Source: Eledone cirrhosa (taxonomy: Eukaryota). Taken from it: DNA of 64,000 nucleotides. Each line of letters begins with the position of its first letter. Positions within the stretch are counted from its first letter, which is position 1. The stretch spans positions 20,088,001 through 20,152,000 of the forward strand of contig OZ024754.1 of assembly GCA_964016885.1 (NCBI GenBank), given 5' to 3'. A program made the translations under genes and the position numbers. The notes under the pieces were generated by a model. That model had not been told where the DNA came from, ran no database searches, and worked only from the letters and a program-made list of their open reading frames with translations. This document shows, one piece after another, positions 1-11,099 of this stretch.

Positions 1-168
1 ATGACTCTTCCATGATATAGTTACTTTAGTTTCAACACAGTCACAGATCAAGTCACTTGCCAGGCATGTACAACTGTGGCTAAAATGACTCTTCCATGAT
101 ATAGTTACATTAGTTTCAACACAGTCTCAGATCCTGTCACTTGCGAGACATGTACAACTGTGGCTAAA

Positions 169-243
169 ATGACTCTTCCATGATAAAGTTACTTTAGTTT
201 CAACACGGTCTTAGATCAGGTCACTTGCCAGACTGTGGCTAAA
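169..243 (+). repeat. Example of the 75-bp monomer variant (9-bp deletion, GCCAGACATGTACAACTGTGG to GCCAGACTGTGG)
   Basis: Spacing 169 to 244 is 75 bp. The deletion is usually linked to the upstream variant ACACGGTCTTAGATC and recurs about 70 times to 63456. Confidence 0.97.
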
Positions 244-1084
244 ATGACTCTTCCATGATATAGTTACTTTAGTTTCAACACAGTCACAGATCAAGTCACT
301 TGCCAGGCATGTACAACTGTGGCTAAAATGACTCTTCCATGATATAGTTACTTTAGTTTCAACACAATCTCAGATCCTGTCACTTGCGAGACATGTACAA
401 CTGTGGCTAAAATGACTCTTCCATGATATAGTTACTTTAGTTTCAACACGGTCTTAGATCAAGTCACTTGCCACACTGTGGCTAAAATGACTCTTCCATG
501 ATATAGTTACTTTAGTTTTCAAACAGTCTCAGATCAAGTAACTTGCTAGACATGTATAACTGTGGCTAAAATGACTCCTCCATGATATAGATACTTTAGT
601 TTCAACACAGTTGCAGATCAGGTCACTTGCCAGACACGTACCACTGTGGCTAAAATGACTCTTCCATGATATAGTTACTTTAGTTTTAACACGGTCTCAG
701 ATCAACTCACTTGCCAGACATGTACAACTGTGGCTAAAATGACTCTTCCATGATATAGTTACTTTAGTTTCAACACGGTCTTAGATCAAGTCACTTGCCA
801 CACTGTGGCTAAAATGACTCTTCCATGATATAGTTACTTTAGATTTCAAACAGTCTCAGATCAAGTAACTTGCTAGACATGTATAACTGTGGCTAAAATT
901 ACTCTTCCATGATATAGTTACTTTAGTTTCAACACAGTCACAGATCAAGTCACTTGCCAGACATGTACAACTATTGCTAAAATGACTCTTCCATGATATA
1001 GTTACTTTAGTTTCAACACAATCTCAGATCAAGTCACTTGCCATACATGTACAACTGTGGCTAAAATGACTCTTCCATGATATA

Positions 1085-4000
1085 GTTACTTTAGTTTCAG
1101 CACAGTCACAGAACAAGTCACTTGCCAGACATGTACAACTATGGCTCAAATGAATCTTCCATGATATAGTTACTTTAGTTTCAACACAGTCTCAGATCAA
1201 GTCACTTGTCATACATGTACAACTGTGGCTAAAATGACTCTTCCATGATATAGTTACTTTAGTTTCAACACAATCTCAGATCAAGTCACTTGCCAGACAT
1301 GTACAACCGTGACTAAAATGACTCTTCCAGCACATAGTTACTTTAGTTTCAACATAGTCACAGATCAAGTCACTTGCCAGACATGTACAACTGTGGCTAA
1401 AATGACTCTTCCATGACATAGTTACTTTAGTTTCAACACAGTTTCAGATCAGGTCACTTGCCAGACACGTACCACTGTGGCTAAAATGACTCTTCCATGA
1501 TATAGTTACTTTAGTTTCAACACAGTTTCACATCAAGTCACTTGCCAGACATGTACAACTGTGGCTAAAATAACTCTTCCATGATATAGTTACTTTAGTT
1601 TCAACACAATCTCAGATCCTGTCATTTGCGAGACATGTACAACTGTGGCTAAAATGACTCTTCCATGATATAGTTACTTTAGTTTCAACACGGTCTTAGA
1701 TCAAGTCACTTGCCAGACTGTGGCTAAAATGACGCTTCTATGATATAGTTACTTTAGTTTTAAAACAGTCTCAGATCAAGTCCCTTGCTAGACATATATA
1801 ACTGTGGCTAAAATTACTCTTCCATGATATAGTTACTTTAGTTTCAACACAGTCTCAGTTCAAGTCACTTGCCAGACATGTACAACTGTGACTATAATGA
1901 CTCTTCCATGATATAGTTACTTTAGTTTCAACACAGTCTCAGATCAACTCACTTGCCAGACATGTACAACTGTGGCTAAAATGACTCTTCCATGATATAG
2001 TTACTTTAGTTTCAACACAATCTCAGATCAAGTCACTTGCAAGACATGTACAACTCTGACTAAAATGACTCTTCCATGATATAGTTACTTTAGTTTCAAC
2101 ACAATCTGAGATCAAGTCACTTGCCAGACATGTACAACTGTGACAAAAATGACTCTTCCATGATATAGTTACTTTAGTTTCAACACAGTCACAGATCAAG
2201 TCACTTGCCAGACATGTACAACTATGGCTCAAATGACTCTTCCATGATATAGTTACTTTAGTTTCAACACAGTCTCAGATCAAGTCACTTGCCAGACATG
2301 TACAACTCTGGCTAAAATGACTCTTCCATGATATAGTTACTTTATTATCAACACAGTCACAGATCAAGTCACTTGCCAGATGTGTACAACTGTGGCTAAA
2401 ATGAATCTTCCGTGATATATTTACTTTAGTTTCAACACAGTCTCAGATCCTGTCACTTGCGAGACATGTACAACTGTGGCTAAAATGACTCTTCCGTGAT
2501 ATAGTTACTTTAGTTTCAAAACAGTCTCAGATCAAGTCACTTGCTAGACATGTATAACTGTGGCTAAAATGACTCTTCCATGATATAGTTACTTTAGTTT
2601 CAACACAGTCACAGATCAAGTCACTTGTCATACATGTACAACTGTGGCTAAAATGACTCTTCCATGATATAGTTACTTTAGTTTCAACACAATCTCAGAT
2701 CAAGTCACTTGTCAGACATGTACATCTGTGGCTAAAATGACTCTTCCATGATATAGTTACTTTAGTTTCAACACAATCTCAGATCAAGTCACTTGCCAGA
2801 CATGTACAACTGTGACTATAATGACTCTTCCATGATATAGTTACTTTAGTTTCAACACAGTCACAGATCAAGTCACTTGCCAGACATGTACAACTGTGGC
2901 TAAAATGACTCTTCTGTGATATAGTTACTTTAGTTTCAACACAGTCTCAGATCAAGTCACTTGTCATACATGTACAACTGTGGCTAAAATGACTCTTCCA
3001 TGATATAGTTACTTTAGTTTCAACACAATCTCAGATCAAGTCACTTGCAAGACATGTACAACTCTGACTAAAATGACTCTTCCATGATATAGTTACTTTA
3101 GTTTCAACACAATCTGAGATCAAGTCACTTGCCAGACATGTACAACTGTGACAAAAATGACTCTTCCATGATATAGTTACTTTAGTTTCAACACAGTCAC
3201 AGATCAAGTCACTTGCCAGACATGTACAACTATGGCTCAAATGACTCTTCCATGATATAGTTACTTTAGTTTCAACACAGTCTCAGATCAAGTCACTTGC
3301 CAGACATGTACAACTGTGGCTAAAATGACTCTTCCATGATATAGTTACTTTATTATCAACACAGTCACAGATCAAGTCACTTGCCAGATGTGTACAACTG
3401 TGGCTAAAATGACTCTTCCGTGATATATTTACTTTAGTTTCAACACAGTCTCAGATCCTGTCACTTGCGAGACATGTACAACTGTGGCTAAAATGACTCT
3501 TCCGTGATATAGTTACTTTAGTTTCAAAACAGTCTCAGATCAAGTCACTTGCTAGACATGTATAACTGTGGCTAAAATGACTCTTCCATGATATAGTTAC
3601 TTTAGTTTCAACACAGTCACAGATCAAGTCACTTGCCAGACATGTACAACTGTGACTAAAATGACTCTTCCATGATATAGTTACTTTAGTTTCAACACAG
3701 TCTCAGATCAAGTCACTTGACAGACTTATACAACTGTGGCTAAAATGAATCTTCCATGACATAGTTACTTTAGTTTCAACATAGTCACAGATCAAGTCAC
3801 TTGCTAGACATGTATAACTGTGGCTAAAATTACTCTTCCATGATATAGTTACTTTAGTTTCAACACAGTTTCAGATCAGGTCTTTTGCCATACACGTACC
3901 ACTGTGGCTAAAATGACTCTTCCATGATATAGTTACTTTAGTTTCAACACAGTTTCACATCAAGTCACTTGCCAGACATGTACAACTGTGGCTAAAATAA

Positions 4001-7000
4001 CTCTTCCATGATATAGTTACTTTAGTTTCAACACAATCTCAGATCCTGTCATTTGCGAGACATGTACAACTGTGGCTAAAATGACTCTTCCATGATATAG
4101 TTACTTTAGTTTCAACACGGTCTTAGATCAAGTCACTTGCCAGACTGTGGCTAAAATGACGCTTCTATGATATAGTTACTTTAGTTTTAAAACAGTCTCA
4201 GATCAAGTCCCTTGCTAGACATGTATAACTGTGGCTAAAATTACTCTTCCATGATATAGTTACTTTATTATCAACACAGTCACAGATCAAGTCACTTGCC
4301 AGATGTGTACAACTGTGGCTAAAATGACTCTTCCGTGATATATTTACTTTAGTTTCAACACAGTCTCAGTTCAAGTCACTTGCCAGACATGTACAACTGT
4401 GACTATAATGACTCTTCCATGATATAGTTACTTTAGTTTCAACACAGTCTCAGATCAACTCACTTGCCAGACATGTACAACTGTGGCTAAAATGACTCTT
4501 CCATGATATAGTTACTTTAGTTTCAGCACAGTCACAGATCAAGTCACTTGCCAGACATGTACAACTATGGCTCAAATGAATCTTCCATGATATAGTTACT
4601 TTAGTTTCAACACAGTCTCAGATCAAGTCACTTGTCATACATGTACAACTGTGGCTAAAATGACTCTTCCATGATATAGTTACTTTAGTTTCAACACAAT
4701 CTCAGATCAAGTCACTTGCCAGACATGTACAACCGTGACTAAAATGACTCTTCCAGGACATAGTTACTTTAGTTTCAACATAGTCACAGATCAAGTCACT
4801 TGCCAGACATGTACAACTGTGGCTAAAATGACTCTTCCATGACATAGTTACTTTAGTTTCAACACAGTTTCAGATCAGGTCACTTGCCAGACACGTACCA
4901 CTGTGGCTAAAATGACTCTTCCATGATATAGTTACTTTAGTTTCAACACAGTTTCACATCAAGTCACTTGCCAGACATGTACAACTGTGGCTAAAATAAC
5001 TCTTCCATGATATAGTTACTTTAGTTTCAACACAATCTCAGATCCTGTCATTTGCGAGACATGTACAACTGTGGCTAAAATGACTCTTCCATGATATAGT
5101 TACTTTAGTTTCAACACGGTCTTAGATCAAGTCACTTGCCAGACTGTGGCTAAAATGACGCTTCTATGATATAGTTACTTTAGTTTTAAAACAGTCTCAG
5201 ATCAAGTCCCTTGCTAGACATATATAACTGTGGCTAAAATTACTCTTCCATGATATAGTTACTTTAGTTTCAACACAGTCACAGATCAAGTCACTTGCCA
5301 GACATGTACAACTGTGGCTAAAATGACTCTTCTGTGATATAGTTACTTTAGTTTCAACACAGTCTCAGATCAAGTCACTTGTCATACATGTACAACTGTG
5401 GCTAAAATGACTCTTCCATGATATAGTTACTTTAGTTTCAACACAATCTCAGATCAAGTCACTTGCAAGACATGTACAACTCTGACTAAAATGACTCTTC
5501 CATGATATAGTTACTTTAGTTTCAACACAATCTGAGATCAAGTCACTTGCCAGACATGTACAACTGTGACAAAAATGACTCTTCCATGATATAGTTACTT
5601 TAGTTTCAACACAGTCACAGATCAAGTCACTTGCCAGACATGTACACCTATGGCTCAAATGACTCTTCCATGATATAGTTACTTTAGTTTCAACACAGTC
5701 CCAGATCAAGTCACTTGCCAGACATGTACAACTGTGGCTAAAATGACTCTTCCATGATATAGTTACTTTATTATCAACACAGTCACAGATCAAATCACTT
5801 GCCAGATGTGTACAACTGTGGCTAAAATGACTCTTCCGTGATATATTTACTTTAGTTTCAACACAGTCTCAGATCCTGTCACTTGCGAGACATGTACAAC
5901 TGTGGCTAAAATGACTCTTCCGTGATATAGTTACTTTACTTTCAAAACAGTCTCAGATCAAGTCACTTGCTAGACATGTATAACTGTGGCTAAAATGACT
6001 CTTCCATGATATAGTTACTTTAGTTTCAACACAGTCACAGATCAAGTCACTTGTCATACATGTACAACTGTGGCTAAAATGACTCTTCCATGATATAGTT
6101 ACTTTAGTTTCAACACAATCTCAGATCAAGTCACTTGCCAGACATGTACAACTGTGGCTAAAATGACTCTTCCATGATATAGTTACTTTAGTTTCAACAC
6201 AATCTCAGATCAAGTCACTTGCCAGACATGTACAACTGTGACTATAATGACTCTTCCATGATATAGTTACTTTAGTTTCAACACAGTCACAGATCAAGTC
6301 ACTTGCCAGACATGTACAACTGTGGCTAAAATGACTCTTCTGTGATATAGTTACTTTAGTTTCAACACAGTCTCAGATCAAGTCACTTGTCATACATGTA
6401 CAACTGTGGCTAAAATGACTCTTCCATGATATAGTTACTTTAGTTTCAACACAATCTCAGATCAAGTCACTTGCAAGACATGTACAACTCTGACTAAAAT
6501 GACTCTTCCATGATATAGTTACTTTAGTTTCAACACAATCTGAGATCAAGTCACTTGCCAGATATGTACAACTGTGACAAAAATGACTCTTCCATGATAT
6601 AGTTACTTTAGTTTCAACACAGTCACAGATCAAGTCACTTGCCAGACATGTACAACTATGGCTCAAATGACTCTTCCATGATATAGTTACTTTAGTTTCA
6701 ACACAGTCTCAGATCAAGTCACTTGCCAGACATGTACAACTGTGGCTAAAATGACTCTTCCATGATATAGTTACTTTATTATCAACACAGTCACAGATCA
6801 AGTCACTTGCCAGATGTGTACAACTGTGGCTAAAATGACTCTTCCGTGATATATTTACTTTAGTTTCAACAGTCTCAGATCCTGTCACTTGCGAGACATG
6901 TACAACTGTGGCTAAAATGACTCTTCCGTGATATAGTTACTTTAGTTTCAAAACAGTCTCAGATCAAGTCACTTGCTAGACATGTATAACTGTGGCTAAA

Positions 7001-7300
7001 ATGACTCTTCCATGATATAGTTACTTTAGTTTCAACACAGTCACAGATCAAGTCACTTGCCAGACATGTACAACTGTGACTAAAATGACTCTTCCATGAT
7101 ATAGTTACTTTAGTTTCAACACAGTCTCAGATCAAGTCTCTTGACAGACTTATACAACTGTGGCTAAAATGAATCTTCCATGACATAGTTACTTTAGTTT
7201 CAACATAGTCACAGATCAAGTCACTTGCTAGACATGTATAACTGTGGCTAAAATTACTCTTCCATGATATAGTTACTTTAGTTTCAACACAGTCTCAGAT
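1085..7300 (+). repeat. Imperfect 3426-bp (41-monomer: 39x84 + 2x75) tandem duplication
   Basis: Markers at +3426: TTTCAGCAC (G at 1100/4526), ATGACGCTTCTA (1729/5155), GACATATATA (1791/5217), and the ORF-track pairs 2023/5449 and 3031/6457. Confidence 0.85.
1981..3660 (+). repeat. 1008-bp (12-monomer) period; a cassette of about 8 monomers is repeated at 1981, 2989, 5407, 6415 and 8252
   Basis: The same ordered variants (ACTCTGAC; ATCTGAG..GACAAAA; TATGGCTCA; TATTATCAAC..GATGTGTAC; CCGTGATATATTT..CCTGTC; TTTCAAAAC..GCTAG) occur at each site. This explains the five near-identical minus-strand ORFs. Confidence 0.9.
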
Positions 7301-10300
7301 CAAGACACTTGCCAGACATGTACAACTGTGGCTAAAATGACTCTTCCATGATATAGTTACTTTATTATCAACACAGTCACAGATCAAGTCACTTGCCAGA
7401 TGTGTACAACTGTGGCTAAAATGACTCTTCCGTGATATATTTACTTTAGTTTCAACACAGTTTCACATCAAGTCACTTGCCATACACGTACCACTGTGGC
7501 TAAAATGACTCTTCCATGATATAGTTACTTTAGTTTCAACACAGTTTCACATCAAGTCACTTGCCAGACATGTACACCTGTGGCTAAAATGACACTTCCA
7601 TGATATAGTTACTTTAGTTTCAACACAATCTCAGATCCTGTCATTTGCGAGACATGTACAACTGTGGCTAAAATGACTCTTCCATGATATAGTTACTTTA
7701 GTTTCAACACGGTCTTAGATCAAGTCACTTGCCAGACTGTGGCTAAAATGACGCTTCTATGATATAGTTACTTTAGTTTTAAAACAGTCTCAGATCAAGT
7801 CCCTTGCTAGACATGTATAACTGTGGCTAAAATTACTCTTCCATGATATAGTTACTTTAGTTTCAACACAGTCTCAGTTCAAGTCACTTGCCAGACATGT
7901 ACAACTGTGACTTTAATGACTCTTCCATGATATAGTTACTTTAGTTTCAACACAGTCTCAGATCAACTCACTTGCCAGACATGTACAACTGTGGCTAAAA
8001 TGACTCTTCCATGATATAGTTACTTTAGTTTCAACACAATCTCAGATCAAGTCACTTGCCAGACATGTACAACTGTGACTATAATGACTCTTATATGATA
8101 TAGTTACTTTAGTTTCAACACAGTCACAGATCAAGTCACTTGCCAGACATGTACAACTGTGGCTAAAATGACTCTTCTGTGATATAGTTACTTTAGTTTC
8201 AACACAGCCTCAGATCAAGTCACTTGTCATACATGTACAACTGTTGCTAAAATGACTCTTCCATGATATAGTTACTTTAGTTTCAACACAATCTCAGATC
8301 AAGTCACTTGCCAGACATGTACAACTCTGACTAAAATGACTCTTCCATGATATAGTTACTTTAGTTTCAACACAATCTGAGATCAAGTCACTTGCCAGAC
8401 ATGTACAACTGTGACAAAAATGACTCTTCCATGATATAGTTACTTTAGTTTCAACACAGTCACAGATCAAGTCACTTGCCAGACATGTACAACTATGGCT
8501 CAAATGACTCTTCCATGATATAGTTACTTTAGTTTCAACACAGTCTCAGATCAAGTCACTTGCCAGACATGTACAACTGTGGCTAAAATGACTCTTCCAT
8601 GATATAGTTACTTTATTATCAACACAGTCACAGATCAAGTCACTTGCCAGATGTGTACAACTGTGGCTAAAATGACTCTTCCGTGATATATTTACTTTAG
8701 TTTCAACACAGTCTCAGATCCTGTCACTTGCGAGACATGTACAACTGTGGCTAAAATGACTCTTCCGTGATATAGTTACTTTAGTTTCAAAACAGTCTCA
8801 GATCAAGTCACTTGCTAGACATGTATAACTGTGGCTAAAATGACTCTTCCATGATATAGTTACTTTAGTTTCAACACAGTCACAGATCAAGTCACTTGCC
8901 AGACATGTACAACTGTGACTAAAATGACTCTTCCATGATATAGTTACTTTAGTTTCAACACAGTCTCAGATCAAGTCACTTGACAGACTTATACAACTGT
9001 GGCTAAAATGACTCTTCCATGACATAGTTACTTTAGTTTCAACATAGTCACAGATCAAGTCACTTGCTAGACATGTATAACTGTGGCTAAAATTACTCTT
9101 CCATGATATAGTTACTTTAGTTTCAACACAGTTTCAGATCAGGTCACTTGCCATACACGTACCACTGTGGCTAAAATGACTCTTCCATGATATAGTTCCT
9201 TTAGTTTCAACACAGTCACAGATCAAGTCACTTGACTGACATGTACAACTGTGGCTAAAATGACTCTTCCATGATATAGTTACTTTAGTTTCAACACAAT
9301 CTCAGATCCTGTCACTTGCGAGACATGTACAACTGTGGCTAAAATGACTCTTCCATTATATAGTTACTTTATTTTCAACACAATCTCAGATCAAGTCACT
9401 TGCTAGCCATGTACAACTGTGGCTAAAATGACTCTTCCATGATATAGTTACTTTAGTTTCAACACAGTCTCAGATCAACTCACTTACCAGACATGTACAA
9501 CTGTGGCTAAAATCGCTCTTCCATGATATATTTACTTTAGTTTCAACACAATCTCAGATCAAGTCACTTGCCAGACATGTACAACTGTGGCTAAAATGAT
9601 TCTTCCATGATATAGTTACTTTAGTTTCAACACAGTCACAGATCAAGTCACTTGCCAGACATGTACAACTGTGGCTAAAATGACTCTTCTGTGATATAGT
9701 TACTTTAGTTTCAACACAGTCTCAGATCAAGTCACTTGTCATACATGTACAACTGTGACAGAAATGACTCTTCCATGATATAGTTACTTTAGTTTCAACA
9801 CAGTCACAGATCAAGTCACTTGCCAGACATGTACAACTATGGCTCAAATGACTCTTCCATGATATAGTTACTTTAGTTTCAACACAGTTTCAGATCAGGT
9901 CACTTGCCAAACATGAACAACTGTGGCTAAAATGACTCTTCCATGATATAGTTACTTTAGTTTCAACACAGTCACAGATCAAGTCACTTGCCAGACATGT
10001 ACAACCGTGACTAAAATGACTCTTCCATGATATAGTTACTTTAGTTTCAACACAGTCACAGATCAAGTCACTTGCCAGACGTGTACAACTGTGGCTAAAA
10101 TGACTCTTCCGTGATATATTTACTTTAGTTTCAACACAGTCTCAGATCCTGTCACTTGCGAGACATGTACAACTGTGGCTAAAATGACTCTTCCATGATA
10201 TAGTTACTTTAGTTTCAACACGGTCTTAGATCAAGTCACTTGCCACACTGTGGCTAAAATGAGTCTTCCATGATATAGTTACTTTAGATTTCAAACAGTC

Positions 10301-11099
10301 TCAGATCAAGTAACTTGCTAGACATGTATAACTGTGGCTAAAATTACTCTTCCATGATATAGTTACTTTAGTTTCAACACAGTCTCAGTTCAAGTCACTT
10401 GCCAGGCATGTACAACTGTGGCTAAAATGACACTTCCATGATATAGTTACTTTGGTTTCAACACAGTCTCAGATCAACTCACTTGTCAGACATGTACAAC
10501 TGTGGCTAAATTCGCTCTTCCATGATATACTTACTTTAGTTTCAACACAATCTCAGATCAAGTCACTTGCCAGACATGTACAACTGTGGCTAAAATGATT
10601 CTTCCTTGGTATAGTTACTTTAGTTTCAACACAATCTCAGATCAAGTCACTTGCCAGACATGTACAACTGTGGCTAAAATGACTCTTCCATTATATACTT
10701 ACTTTAGTTTCAACACAGACACAGATCAAGTCACTTGCCAGACATGTACAACTATGGCTAAAATGACTCTTCCATGATATAGTTACTTTAGTTTCAACAC
10801 AATCTCAGATCAAGTTACTTGCCAGACATGTACAACTGTGGCTAAAATGAGTCTTCCATGATATAGTTACTTTAGTTTCAACACAATCTCAGATCAAGTC
10901 ACTTGCCAGACATGTACAACTGTGACTAAAATGACTCTTCCATGATATAGTTACTTTAGTTTCAGCACAGTCACAGATCAAGTCACTTGCCAGACATGTA
11001 CAACTATGGCTCAAATGAATCTTCCATGATATAGTTACTTTAGTTTCAACACAGTCTCAGATGAAGTCACTTGCCAGACATGTACAACTGTGGCTAAAA

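Noticed and set aside
1-84. tRNA or 5S rRNA tandem gene array
   Set aside because: The unit length is tRNA-like, but I see no cloverleaf acceptor stem or full box A/B (GTTTCAA only loosely resembles GTTCRA), and no 5S similarity.
642-648. CACTGTG (reverse-complement RAG RSS heptamer) in the GTACCACTGTGG variant, with CACAGT in the consensus
   Set aside because: There is no convincing ACAAAAACC nonamer (only 4/9 matches at 12-bp spacing) and no V/J segments. A 7-mer match amplified by the repeat is not informative.
2023-8503. Five minus-strand 69-114 aa Cys-rich ORFs (SHSCTCLASDLICDCVETKVTISWK repeats)
   Set aside because: They arise where 2-3 adjacent monomers lose the usual TGA by point variants. 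Their recurrence simply tracks a duplicated satellite cassette. There is no gene context or recognisable domain.
10586-10777. Plus-strand 63-aa ORF with CQTC motifs
   Set aside because: It is chance read-through of two consecutive monomers with TGA changed to TGG and TTA. It has a GTG start and lies inside the satellite.
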